From Lepidodermella squamata (lineage: Eukaryota > Animalia > Gastrotricha), in contig JBLDXI010000029.1 of the NCBI GenBank assembly GCA_047495785.1, positions 434,001-498,000 of the forward strand: a DNA stretch of 64,000 nucleotides, written 5' to 3'. The notes beneath the pieces are model-generated. The model was not told the origin of the DNA and did no database searches. It saw nothing but the letters and a program-made list of their open reading frames with translations. A program made the translations under genes and the position numbers. Below, one piece after another: positions 1 to 12,865 of the stretch. How positions within the stretch are numbered: the stretch's first letter is position 1; each line of letters opens with the position of its first letter.

Positions 1-3000
1 CAAAATGGGATTAATAGAGCGAAAAAATTCCGTTGAAGGGCTCAAAACGAAGAAGAAACGATTGCCCGGAATAAAGATATTCGAATTTGAATTAAATACA
101 AAATTCAACCTTCAAAGCTTTAAACGCCTAATTTGAAAAATCCATGGGAAAACTTTCGCGATTATCCCTTAGAATGAGATGAGTAAGAATTTTTCAAGGA
201 TTATGATGACAGTCACGATCCAAAAGGCTCTAAAAGGCAAAATTGATTCCCATGGTTTCTGAGAACGGAATGAGTTCATCAACAATTTTCAAATTCGAAA
301 TTCATTTTTCAAGAATCTGAAAAGCGAAACCTAAAAAGCAATTATTATCAAATTTATCGTTAATTACAATCAAATTAATACAATTACCATTAGCTATGAA
401 ATGAGGGAGAATATTATTCGAAATCAATTTGAGGCAAGGTCTTGAAATATTATATTTTCCCTTGGGTAACATGGGTTAAGGCGGATATAAATAGGGAAAT
501 AACAATAAAAAGTAATTAGGACGAAACGAACTGAAACAAAAGACACCAGTGATTATTTACTCGAGTGACTTGAGGCCGGAAACAGGTAGAGAAAAAACGC
601 CTGAAAATAGCTAATTAGAAAACAATTCCGATGATTAGCAACAATAGCGGGCGGTTTTTGAGGCAGCGGAAAAAATGAAGGCATGCGACTCAAGTGAGGC
701 TTGTTGGCGGTATTTCAACAATTTTTTTGCGTTGTAATTAATACATACAAGCAAACCAGCTGCCATTATACGCAGCTAGCACTTGTAGTCAGCCGATTAA
801 GACCACTGCAAGGCGGATCATATAAGGCAAACATACGCGTCGAGTACAATAGAAAAACGTCCCTGCGTGTGTAAAAAGACATAGGATCGGCTTTCCTGTC
901 ATCATCATCATCATCATCGTCGTCAACCGACTGTTATATAGCAGTAATTAGCGCACTAATTTCGTAGTAGTAGTGGTATAGTAGTGGTGGTAGTTATGGC
1001 ATAAATAAAGGCGGCGGCGGGTGATCTTGCGCCTCTCACAAAACAACGCCCCTCGATTTATAAACGGGAATTAACGCGGCGAAAAGCCACCAACAACAAA
1101 GACAGCCGTGTCCCATCGAGACCGATTATAGACCGCGTACGACTACGGCAGTCGAAGTAGTATAGCAGTGACTCATCGCACCGGTTTTTGTTAGCGCGAG
1201 GCAAACACGGGTTAAGTAACACTCGCCTGGGTGTTTACGGAGCGCACACGGGGTGATAGGTCAGATTGCACGCGATTACCAGGCGAAGGGCTGGGTTAAT
1301 CTACTACTGCTGCATTCCACAACTCGAGCCGGGCCTATCTGCAGCTATCAACGCTGCTGTTGTTGATGTTGTTGATGTTTCTATTACCACTACTACTGCT
1401 ACGAGAGTGCGCTCTATTTATCATCTGATAATTAACTCTTCAGGTGCCGACGACCGGCTTCGCTGGTACGCGCCCGGGTGTCGGGTAACACTGATAACAG
1501 CCATTATGCGCCGCATTATGAACCCGCCAAAATTGTCTATTCGCGATCAAATAACGCGGTGTAATTGTATGCTAATGTAATTCGGAACGAAAATCGGCAA
1601 AAAAGGCATGGAATAAGGTCATTAAGCAATTTATTCAAAATTTGCATAAATTTGCATATTAATTTTCAAGCTTTTATAATGAATTAGCTAGATTAATTAA
1701 AATTATATCTTCGAAAAATGAAAAAATGAGAACTCGCGTCTCATTAAAAAGAACATGCGATGAATAGGTCGATAATGAAAATTATCTCAATAGGCTAAGC
1801 TAAAATTGACTCGTTAAATGGGGTTAATCATGAGCCAGTGAGCCAGTGATGTAAAATGAAAAATATTATCAAATTCAAGTGAATCAGAAAATAATTGAAA
1901 AGTAAGTTTGAAGGTGTTTACATTGTTAACAACAAAAACGCGGCGGCAGCTAACAAAAATTGTCTGAAAAGCACTTGAAATTTCTCCGAATGAATTTTAC
2001 GTTTTTAGCTTGATACTTCGTGGCAAATCGAGCGGCTCCTTAAGGAACTCTCTTATCCAACTTAATTACGTTTCGTTGTGCGTTGGCCTCTTCTTAGCAG
2101 GTTTATTCTGCGATGCAAAGTTGCAGTGAAATCAAAATACTCGATACGGCTGATCGATGCCGCCGAGTGCTGCTAGTCCGAGTATAATAAGTGGCAAACA
2201 CAAGGATTTCCGGCTCCGAAGTTTCACAAGACGACGACGACGGCAAGCAGCAAGCAGCGCGCTTTTCATTATTATACCGGCCGCGCGCATAGCCGCACGA
2301 CGCCAGTCAATCAATTAAATTCAACGCCAAAGATCGAAAATTAGATGAGAATGATTATGCATCTCAGTGCGGGCAATTATAAATCACTGCAAAAATCGAA
2401 AATTTTTGAAAAACTGATATCAGCAAGGACGTTTTCGAGAAAATAGAAAATATTCACAGCAAACCCGATAATTAAGAAAATTCTTCCCTGTTTCCCAAAT
2501 ATAAAGATAATTCTATAGGCAAATTAAAAATTGATTATCGAAATTAAAAATTCTACGCCAAAAATTCTGATAGAACCAAAAAAGCTGGCCGATAGAAACT
2601 TGAATTATAAACGTTGAGCCCTAAATTGTGAGGAACAATTTGAAGTTAACTTTGACCTGGATGAATTGCCAGAAGTAATGAAAATATTATGATACAATTC
2701 TAGAAATTTTTGGTTCGAAAGTGAAACCAAAAAAGCGTTAACAAGCTGTGGCGTAGTTAGGATTAAGGTGGCTGTTTGATAATGCAAGTTTTGTACCAGC
2801 ATCGTCACGTTTTCACTCACGCGCTCTAGCTGGCATTGACGGCGAATAGCAAAGCGAGAACGGCGTGAATTTTAATGATGATGATGATGATGATACCGAT
2901 AGTAATAGCAGCAGCATCATTTTTAGGAGGGCCATTAAACGCGACGATTTACTGCGCGCGGCTCAGCTGAAAAGCGGCGCCCAAACGTGATCGCGCAATG

Positions 3001-6000
3001 ATCCACATGCAAATTTTGACGCGCTTCTATCCCCAGGTGGCCTTTCATTAGAAAAAACACTAGAAAAAGGTGGCGCGAGCAGTTTAGCGCCCTCAAAAGA
3101 CGATCGTTTTCATTATTATCGCATTGCACTTCTCGACATTGTCTCGCAAATAGAACACACCCAGGGCACAAATATTGCATTTGGGACAAAAAATCAGAAA
3201 AATCCAACAAAAACAATTTAAAATGACTTATACAATCGGTTCAAGAACTGCGCTAGCTAATCGCAAAATATTCCATAAAAACATTCATGAATGGCGAATT
3301 TCTACTTTCAATTGAAAAATAGTTGAAAAAATCCGAAAAATCTCTCGGTGACAAAAATAAGATGAAAATTACGGAATTAAATTCATGGTGGTTTGATTTC
3401 CTAATATAACTTAAATTACCCAGAACTAGGTCAGACTTTGGACGAAAAATATTAATCCGAATATTTCAGCGTGCGAAAAATATGCTTAGCCCGGTTTTGT
3501 TCCGGATTAGCTTGGAAATTCAAAAACAGATTAATCCGGAGCAAATCTTCAACGGCCGTGGCAGGAAAAAATTAAAGCCTATTAAATCCTTGCGGACTAT
3601 TATTTGTTAACATTCCACAAGTGCCCGCAATAATGAGATGGTACAAGTGATGTTAACGATGGGCATTAAGCTGGCGCATTTCCGGCCGTGTTTCAACGCT
3701 GTTGTATACCGCGAATAGTAGGCACCTAGTATATGTCGGGATTAGCCCGGGCGACACTTAAAACAACAATTCCGAGGCGGCGCGCGAACGCATAAACAAA
3801 TGCGCGTTAATGCCAGTCGGGTAAACAAATACAGTGACTGCGGTTAGGAGGAGGAAAAAAGCAAGCCGTCCGTGTTAACGAATTCACCTGATGATGATTT
3901 GTAGCCAAAATCTCGACTAATGGAATGCTGATTTAGTGCGATTATTCGATAGTTTATAAACGTGAGCTCCGCCCTGTTTATCAACACGCGCGTCGAAAAG
4001 TTAAACACACAAGCTACATTTTGCGGCTGTGAAGATGAGCCGAGCGAGGCCACAGCTGGATATAGGCGGCGGCGGTGGTATAATGTAGACTGAATAGACA
4101 GGCATAGAGCATCGCAATTTTCAAATCGACAGCCTCCTGGGGTACGATTTTTGCGATGCATTTTAATGAGCAACAACAATAATACGCAAACCGCTCTTGA
4201 CGTGGACCAGAAAGCGGCACACAGCGACGACCAGCGCCACAGATGGGGGTGAATGACGATCTAGCATCTCACAAGTGTATAATGCAAATTATAACGCATT
4301 AATGGCGCATTTCGACGATCATGAATATCAAATCAAGAGAGTCCACTCCCGGGATTAATAAGACAACAATATTACGACGATAATTTCCATTAGAGCGACG
4401 GCGGGGGGAAGAGCCCAGAAAATTATTATAAGAAGACCTCGTTCTTCGAAAAATGATGATACATCCACCTTCATCCTGTTCCTGTGCGCGCGTTGGCCCT
4501 TATTCTTCTTTTCGGAAAATACGAGCTATGGCGACGTGAATGAATCGATAAAAAGGCTGACAGTTCTCCGGAAATCTCCTCTAGCGCGTGTCATCGCTGC
4601 GACGATACATCGATACAGGTAGACGAAGATTGAGCGAACGCGCCGCTATGCAAATCGCGCGGCTAAAAGGCACTGATCTCGCGCGCGCGCGCGGTGAAAA
4701 TGCAAATCAATGCTTGCGCAGTACATTTTTCATAAACTAAGCGGCGCGTTTTATCTTTATCAAATAACGCTAGAGCCATCAATGTCAACCTAAAATCACA
4801 CACCCCTACACACACATACGCGCAGTTGTGCTATCGATTCGAAATGTGTGATGGACATGGTGAGCAATTAAAATTTTAACACAGCCAGCTTCCAACCTGT
4901 AACAACAACAATTTCGACAAATTTCAGTGCGTCTACCATTAAAAGCACCAACAACTCATCGAGCTCGCTAATGGCGAAACACCTGCGAAAAAACTAGCGT
5001 CGTGAATAATAATTATTATGTAAATAATGAGACAACTCGGGTGGAAAATCCTCCACACACAGCCTGCGCGCGATAAATCAAGCGCAGTGAACTAATGATA
5101 GCAAAAGCAGCAAAAAACGGAGCTTAGCGATAGCCGTATATTTATATTTATTATAATCAATGAATAGGCGATTCAAGCGTTACGCGAGTGATGGTAGAGG
5201 TATAATTCCATCAATTCCTGATTACGGAGCAGCCTTGAAACGTGGCACAGACCCTCCCTTTGAAACCATACGATAACGTTAACAATCTCCAAGTTTTAAT
5301 AATCCTCCTTGAATCTATGAATTAAAAACCACGGTAAAACTTATCCAGGTAAAGACTAAAGACAAAACGCACGAGGAACTTTTACTGTAAAATAGAAGCG
5401 TGCAGTGAAACTGTTTCTTGTTAAAATCTTTCAATTCCTATTTCAACTTTCCAACTCAAATATCAAAAGGATCAAGACGAAAATCAAGAAAATGTGAAGA
5501 AAGGCAGATTCACATTGATCATTCGACATCTCCTGTTCCATTGACTTGCTTTACTTGGATGCCCCAAATATTTGGGGTCGCGTGCATCCCCAAGTGACCC
5601 TTTATCTCCGCCACTCCACCACACCAACCTCCTCGGCCAATTAGTTGTTATTTTCAACTTCTATCCTACTCTAGCTTCCGACAACTCTCGGTTTGTTTCA
5701 GTCCACTTTCTTTGAAATTTAGAGGACAATCAATTACTGTCTCAATGACTGACAATCAAGGAATGAAATTCCACATTTCCGGCAGGTAATACTATACAGT
5801 ATATTTATGAGACTATTCGCTCATAAATTGTGCCCAAAATTCAGGTATCTTGATCATTGATTGTTCAGGAGTAAAACCCTTGAAATTGAAACGTCGAGCT
5901 TTGAGGCGTATAGGCTTTATCCGGTATTTAAAACCAACATCTTATTGTAATATGTCTGTGCCACCATGTGTGCAGAATCTTTATGAATCATGAATCAAAT

Positions 6001-6387
6001 CACCGCACAAGAGAAAAACAATCGAATGTGACGATGTAAGATGAGCAGTTCCCCGATGACGAAACGAAATCTCTGAGTCCCTCTGCAATTTGCAACCCAA
6101 GATCTTATGCGGAACGGATGATCATGCAGATTTACGAAATTGTTGGGCAGAATTGAGGTTTGAGGTTTGAGGATTCGCCAGTAACCTGGAAGCTGGCGTA
6201 ACAAGCTGTAACCTGTTGGCGGTGAAACTTCGGAACTTGGAACCTCAAACCAAGGTGAAACCGCCAACTCCCAACATGTGCCAATACAAATTTTCGCGCT
6301 CAAAAAAATTAGTTTATCGAATTTTTATATGCAATAAACTGTTCTGCGTATTCCTCAATAATCATAAATTTTATGTCAAAAACAATA

Positions 6388-6409
6388 CATGGCAACGCGC
6401 CATGGTAAC
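6388..6409 (+). promoter_or_regulatory. Tandem RFX X-box-like half-sites upstream of the ciliary gene pair
   Basis: catggcaac (6388-6396) and gccatggtaac (6399-6409) match the strong half of the X-box GTTGCCATGGYAAC. A gtaagt donor follows at 6419, consistent with a short non-coding first exon. Confidence 0.6.
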
Positions 6410-6647
6410 CGCGGACGAGTAAGTTTTCCGTCATTTCCTTGATTACCACCATTGTTTCATCATTTGTCGAATGACAATCGTTTTTTAGACTTCAATTTAA
6501 CTGTCTTGTAAATCATTTGCGATGTTTCCGCAAGACCAATGACACAGTTTATGTTTTAAAATAGCCTGTTCGTATAGATGACCGACGATTATTACAAATC
6601 TCAAGCAATTACCCTAATCACGATTTAGACATCAAAGATCCTCAGAC

Positions 6648-7769
6648 ATGGCGGAAGTTCAGCACCGAAGCGCTCGTTTTCAAAAGAATATTTTTATGAC
6701 CGAGCTCAATCATGACGACATGCCTGACTTTGTACCAATCGCTGTCGTCAAAGATACTGCCGATCGTTTGCTTCTCACTGGAAAGAGTACCTTGCAACAC
6801 ACTCTACTTCTGCGCAAAGAGCTGGAGGCAGAAGAAGTCGATGCACAGTTGAAAGCTAAGCGAGCAGAATTTGCGGCCAAAATCGAAGCTTGCACACAAC
6901 GGCATCACGATATCCTAGTTAAACAGCAAGCTCTCCGTGAGAAAACCAGAAATGCAAGCGAGTTGATAGCAGACCAAAATCTCAAACAGAGGCGAGCTTT
7001 ACGCCGATGCGAAACAGATGCTCAGGAACGAATTCATCTCGAAGATGAATTAGTGCGCCTGGGAGACATTGCAAGCAGTGAAATATTTAAGCGACATCAT
7101 CTAAGGGAAAAACTCAATAACTTGAAGAAATCTGCCGAATTCCTGACAGATGTTGTTCATGCTCTACCTCCAGATTATATTACTGCCCGAGACGATCCAA
7201 TTGTTGGTTTGATGGATAGACACGCGCATTTAGTAAGAACAGAAAAAGACTTGACAGATCACGTCCTTGGGTTATCTGAGGAGCTGAAGCAAGCCAACGA
7301 CGAACTCCACTCAGTTGAGGAGAATCACGGCTACAATCTTCTCGAACTAAACGGAAAGCTTCAACGCAGTCATCTTCGTTATGAAAAGCTGCAAGAAAAG
7401 AATTCGTCGTTAGAAACCGAAGCAGGTTATGCTCATTCTGCTTACAAGAATCGCATTCTCTACGCTGGAAATGCCCTTCGAGCTGTCGACAGCTTAGTGG
7501 AGAGATGCGGTGGAACGCAACATGTCATGGCGAGAGGGAGAGAAAAGGTGCAAGAAACCGCGGCCAGGTCTTTCGAGAAGAAAATGAATCGCAGCCGCGG
7601 CAAAGCAGGCCGAAACGCTATTTCCACTTCATTTGACAATGTCGGTATCGACGTGATTTTGAGCGGAATCGGCGCCGTTACGCAGAGTCAAGCCAGCATT
7701 GCGGAGGATGCGACCAGGCTGGCTCGTGGTACCCGTGAAGTAGCATTTGCCAAAAGCTCTCATTCATAA
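6648..7769 (+). CDS. CCDC42/CFAP73-family (DUF4200) coiled-coil ciliary protein, intronless, 373 aa
   Basis: The segment TLQHTLLLRKELEAEEVDAQLKAKRAEF...DQNLKQRRALRR resembles the CCDC42/CFAP73 N-terminus. Heptad coiled coil throughout. Exact paralogue not resolved. Confidence 0.75.
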   Translation: MAEVQHRSARFQKNIFMTELNHDDMPDFVPIAVVKDTADRLLLTGKSTLQHTLLLRKELEAEEVDAQLKAKRAEFAAKIEACTQRHHDILVKQQALREKTRNASELIADQNLKQRRALRRCETDAQERIHLEDELVRLGDIASSEIFKRHHLREKLNNLKKSAEFLTDVVHALPPDYITARDDPIVGLMDRHAHLVRTEKDLTDHVLGLSEELKQANDELHSVEENHGYNLLELNGKLQRSHLRYEKLQEKNSSLETEAGYAHSAYKNRILYAGNALRAVDSLVERCGGTQHVMARGREKVQETAARSFEKKMNRSRGKAGRNAISTSFDNVGIDVILSGIGAVTQSQASIAEDATRLARGTREVAFAKSSHS

Positions 7770-7900
7770 GCGCTTCGCATTTGACTCGATTTATAACCGT
7801 GATTATTTTTACATTTTCGCAATCAGCCTCATTTTCTCATAAAAAGACAATACTCACTTGAAATGTTTTAATTTAGAGTTTTATTTCGATTAAAATTCAA

Positions 7901-9217
7901 ATGGCGACTGATTTGAAACAAGGCGTCCGTTATGGATCCCACGATTGGTTCACCAACAACTTTGCCGTTTCGACAAATGCCGAGCGCTCGAGAAATTCTT
8001 CATTCGGCGTTCGCCAGGACGCAGCTTACATGCGAAATGACACCAACATCAAAACTCGTTGGGACCAGCACGACAACAACACTCGGCTGTCAGACCGCAT
8101 TGAAGACGTCCGAAAATGGAAGGATATCTTAGAGGAAACTTTGGGCCGTGTCAACCGTGAAATTTCACTTCTCAGCGATGCCAAGGACACGACCGAAGCT
8201 CAACTGGCCGCCCTTGAAAACCCCCTGGACGTGGCTAACGAAAACTTGACAACTCGCGACAGCCGTCGTGGCATTGATTTGGTGCGTGACGATGTTGATC
8301 GTGAACTTCGCAAGGAAGTCGAAGTCATTGAGGCATCAAAACGCCTGCTCCAAGAGCGTTGCAAGCAATCACTTGACCAACTCATGATTCTGCAGGAAGC
8401 TCGCCAAGAATTGCTCCGTGATATTCGCGACAAGAACATCGCGCTCGGCATTGACGTTGACCAGTACAATTTGACGGAAGACATGGTTCCAGGCGGTATC
8501 AGCTTCAAGCCAGATCCGTGCCGCATCCCACCAGGCGCAACCACGCCGCAACAGTGGGAAGACTACAGCCGTTACAACCGAGATCGCGCTGATGCTGAGG
8601 TCGGAGCCAGCCAGCGTCTGCGAGAGGCGATTACGCACTCATTGGCGAAGGCAGCTAACGACATCACAGCTCAACGCAATGCCGTCGACTACGCGTTCCG
8701 CCGGCGTCTGCACGAGCAAGAACGAGCTCGCGATGAGTTGGAGTGGCAGAAGCGCAACACCGAGTCTGAAATCGCGCGTCTTGAGGCTGAGTGCCGCGCT
8801 TTGGAGGCCGCGATCCGCGACAAGTTGAACCCGCTCAAATTGGCGATGACCCGGGCCGAAAACCGCCACGACCGCCCTGGCGTCGAGCTGTGCTACGACG
8901 ATCCTCAAATCGGCCTATGCGCAGAAATCGGCGAACTCAAGGGCACGCTATCAGCTCTTGAGCAGAAGCTGCGCGAAGCCCGCCACGCCCTGCAGAACTT
9001 GGAGAACAACCTGCACCGGATTAACGAAGAACTGGCGCAGAAGAACGCGTCGATCACGTTGGACAAGCGTTGCATGGACGTTCGGAATGCTCGTCTGCGC
9101 CCCGGCTGCGAGGCTACAGCGGCGGCCGACGCAACTCACGGCGGTCTTTCGGCGGCGCAGCGCAACCTGTGCTACACGGGCATCGAGCGCGACAGGACAA
9201 AATTGCTGGGATGCTGA
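7901..9217 (+). CDS. TEKT2: Tektin-2 (tektin B), intronless, 438 aa
   Basis: Tektin nonapeptide variant RPGVELCYD. N-terminal DWFTNN..STNAERSR and TRWDQHDNNTRLSDRI, and ISFKPDPCRIP, are typical of tektin-2. Confidence 0.92.
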   Translation: MATDLKQGVRYGSHDWFTNNFAVSTNAERSRNSSFGVRQDAAYMRNDTNIKTRWDQHDNNTRLSDRIEDVRKWKDILEETLGRVNREISLLSDAKDTTEAQLAALENPLDVANENLTTRDSRRGIDLVRDDVDRELRKEVEVIEASKRLLQERCKQSLDQLMILQEARQELLRDIRDKNIALGIDVDQYNLTEDMVPGGISFKPDPCRIPPGATTPQQWEDYSRYNRDRADAEVGASQRLREAITHSLAKAANDITAQRNAVDYAFRRRLHEQERARDELEWQKRNTESEIARLEAECRALEAAIRDKLNPLKLAMTRAENRHDRPGVELCYDDPQIGLCAEIGELKGTLSALEQKLREARHALQNLENNLHRINEELAQKNASITLDKRCMDVRNARLRPGCEATAAADATHGGLSAAQRNLCYTGIERDRTKLLGC

Positions 9218-9804
9218 TTCGTGTCCTTATACCCTTCAAGATCAAACCGATTTATAGCCGTCATACGAAATTTTAACCGAACTATTTTAAACTAGGATTG
9301 AAATGTGGTATTATTCGCAATTTGTTGATGGAGCGAAGATGCAGTGTTGGTATATTTTATCTTCTCGTTGGCATATTTGTTACTCCTACCCTCTAGTACG
9401 AAGTGCAGTATATTGCTTGTTGATGAAGCCCGATTAAAGTAAATTCTTTATTTTTTTCGGAGATTTAACCGGGCCAGTCACTGAGCCACAGTCTGTTCAC
9501 TGCATCTATGTCGTTTTATTTCCTGTTGATTTTCTCAAAATAACAACTTCAGCCTTTAGCAGCAAATTATTGTGATCAAAAATCGCCAGCCGCAGCTATC
9601 AAAAGTGATTGTTAGTACCACTTGAAAATTCTGTCTTCAAACAATCAACGTTGCGTTAACCGAGAATAAAAATGCGAAAACCATTGAAAAACATGCATCG
9701 TCTTTTACTTTTCAATTAAAAGCAGCAAAATCGTAAGGCAACATTAAAAAAGAAGAAAGGTAATTATCCGAGCTTGAGGACAAAACACGAAAAATACATG
9801 ATGG

Positions 9805-11497
9805 CTACTTGTTTTTCAACCGCTTCAACCAATCGCCTTGTTGCAGAGCAGCCTTTCTTTTCGGCATCTAAAATTCGGAAATTTAGCCATGGAAATGGTA
9901 TTGAGATGGGATTTTACCAAAATTGGCTGCGAGGAAGAACCTTCAGAATCCATGAGTTGCGGTGTTGGGACTGAACTGGAAGTGGTCGATCGTGGCGATG
10001 AGGGCTGAGCAGGTTCCGCAGGCGGAATGTTATCTGCCAGATTAATCTCAAACGGGAACGGCTAATAAAAATGTTCAAATTAGCGAGATTTTGTACATCG
10101 AAAAGTAAAACATACGTTATTAGGATTTTCGATGTTGTGCTGCTGAACCAAAGTTCGAACTTCGATATCACAAGTTTGCAGCGTTTCCCGGAGTTCATAA
10201 ATGACCAGCAAATCACGCCGCAAATTGTTGTACTCGTTAACCAACTGATCAGTCGCGATTGGAACCCGAAAATCTATGCAAATGAAGAGCATAAAAAATA
10301 AAGAAAATCAGCATAATATTGGCTTACCTATGCCAAAGCTTTCCATCAATTTTTCCAAAGCTAGCACCTTTCTTTGAGCGACAGTAGCCGGCAATTTCAA
10401 CTTCTGGCTCCGCAAATGCGTACCAGCCGATCGGAATTCCGGGAATTTTATCATCGACGCAGCCAAATCGATCTCCAAGGTCGGTTCAGCCGCGGAATCG
10501 GCTAGGCCCGATTGCAAAGTCGCCAACTGGCCGGTGGCGAACGATGCCTTGAGCAAATCCGCGCGTTTTCGGCCACGCTTCGGCGGCCCAGCCGACTCAC
10601 CGGCCATGAAACGCTGCAAATCCTGCGCTTTCCGTTCGCGCTCGCGTTTCTTCTGCTCAATTTTACGAAGTTCGTACAACAGCATCTCCTCCTCCTCAAC
10701 TTCGGCCGCTGTTTTAGCCAGTAACCGCAGCAACTGCTCCTTCCTCCGTCGCTCGTGATCGGCGTCGAAAACGACTAGTTGCGGCGGTTCGACCCCGGCG
10801 GGGGTCTGGGCGACTGTCATGGCGTTGGTGACGTTGTAGTACCTTTCTTTCAAATCGTCAACAGATCGATTTGGGAAAATCTCGCGATTCCACCTAAAAA
10901 TGAATCTTAGAAAATATCCAAATTGAGCAGTGAAATGACTCACCTGTCTTGAATTACCGGAAATCGTAAATCGAATCTTGCGCATAAATCAAGTAGATGC
11001 TGGGTCTCCGCATACGTCCAGGCTGGTCCGTTGCCCGTGAAAGGCAGGTCATTCAAGTAATGCTGACTGTCCTTCTCCGTAACTGTTGGCACTGTCACCG
11101 TCCGGTTTAGCTTGGCGAACGGGTACTCGTTGTCTTTCTCAGCCACCCTGACCCAGTGGTAGAACAGGGCGCCGTCCTTGCGCGCCGGGTTGTTGAAAGG
11201 CGCCCAAATCCACGGCGTCACTCGCGCGAGACCGACTCGCATGCGCATGCGCTTGTAGCTGTGCGCCGTGTCTGTCGGCATGATGGCCGGCGGCAGTTCG
11301 ACGGCGCCGTTGTCCTGCTTCATGAGGTTCCACACCTCGCGGTGCAGGCCTTTCGGCTTTTTCACGCGCACGACTGGCCGCGGTTTCGAATCGCCATCTT
11401 TTTGCGTCTTCGGCCGGCCGAAGCGCTTTGCCAACGGGTTTTCGTCGGAATTACCGCCGAATAGCTCGGTAACGTCTCTGGTAATCGCATCGGCCAT
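9805..11497 (-). CDS. DMAP1: DNA methyltransferase 1-associated protein 1 (Swc4/Eaf2), 5 exons, 494 aa
   Basis: Exons 11497-10944, 10893-10328, 10273-10116, 10061-9918, 9867-9805; GT-AG introns of 50-54 nt; frame closes. Motifs WIWAPFNNPARKDGALFYHW, SANT-like WT..ET.HLLDLC.RFDLRF.VIQDRW, RSVDDLKERYY, FDADHERRRKEQL. Confidence 0.95.
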
Positions 11498-11584
11498 TCA
11501 AAGTCCGATCGAATATAAATATATTCAAATATAAATTCTAAAAGATAATAAAAAGAAATTTTAAAATTGATGCTAAGATAAGTT

Positions 11585-12789
11585 ATGGCTAGATGGATTA
11601 TTGAGAGGATCGCTATGTCCCTTGACCCAGTTTCCTATAGCATGTCTGAATCCGATTTCGAAATGAATCAACTCGACGCGGCCCTGCCCGAAACTGAGTC
11701 CGAATTCGAGTTCTCCGCCGTGAAGACCATGGCACAAACGGCTTTTGCATCCGACGGCATCCTCGATGCTAAGTTCGATTTCAGGTTATCTAGGTCCCAG
11801 GTTGGCGAAGCGACTGCCTCCATGAGTGGTGAACGCGACTGGAAGTTAGTGTACATTCCTTTCTACAATCCTACAACACATCGCGTCTGCACCCATCAGT
11901 GAAAGCTATCGCCACCGCCTTCAAAGAAGCTGTCCTGCCTACACTGCCCCTTGCCCAATGTCGTCACTGTCGCTGCTGAAACCCGATGCTCCTGCTGCTG
12001 ATCTTCCCCACGGCTCTGACTCTTCAACTGCTGGGGCTAGCAACTTTCGTCGTTCAGCTCTGCCTTGATCGCACTGCGGCCAGGCCACGCAGGAGGAAAA
12101 TATTTCATGTGCGGTATTTCGACTATTTTTCTATATTTTCATATTTTTAATTTTTAACCCTGTCAGAAAAGACGGCACGGATTGGTCGCCCGCTGATGAA
12201 GCACTTTTGAATCCAATAGTGTTACCGGGAGTTAGGAGAAAAGTGGCTCCAAACAAATGCATTTTAAACGAGTTAATCGACAAATTTGATCCGGCACTTC
12301 TTGTGCGATTGGGCTGGAGTGAATCAGCTGTGTTGCAAAAAGCTGTCAATCTTTATCATAAGCGCATTAGGGAACAGAAGGCAGCTGAAGCCATCTCAGC
12401 CTGGCAAGCAGCGCAGGCTTTAGATCGAACAACCCGCGCCAACCTTAAGCGAGGAAAAGCCGCCGCTGAGAAAACGCCACAGTGTGAGCTCATCTCAACA
12501 GACAGGTCGATGTGTCTGTAACTTACTCACTGTTGTACCGCGATGGATCGGGGGTTCTATGCCGGCGGATACTTATTGGCGCTTGGCGCAACGCCAGCCG
12601 TGCGAATACTGTGGCCGCAAGGACCATCTGCTCCAGGCTTGCATCGACATGCGTTTCTCCACATTACATTCATTCCAGCATTTGAATAAGCCATTTATTC
12701 CAAGCCATCAAACTGACAATTGCGTGCATATGCTTTGGCTGTATGCCACACAACAGCACAGTCGAATTTACTCCAAAGTAAAAATCTAA
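11585..12789 (+). pseudogene. Frame-broken relic ending in a CCHC zinc knuckle (gag-like or TE-derived)
   Basis: Several short coding-like frames that do not join, one intron-like 53-nt GT-AG (12114-12166), and CEYCGRKDHLLQAC (C-x2-C-x4-H-x4-C) at 12601-12642. Confidence 0.45.
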
Positions 12790-12865
12790 AAAAAAACAGC
12801 AGTATTGAACTAGGTTTTGACGTTTTGATTTGATTTTCGGTTAAAATAAAACAGAACAAAGCAGC

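Noticed and set aside
899-4692. (CAT)n, (GAT)n and (GC)n microsatellites near 899, 2875 and 4680
   Set aside because: Ordinary short simple repeats.
5724-5758. Two miR-219 seed matches (GACAATCA)
   Set aside because: Not in any identifiable 3' UTR and no precursor match.
1266-6422. Short ORFs in the first 6.4 kb
   Set aside because: Low-complexity or simple-repeat-derived translations with no motif and no consistent exon chain.
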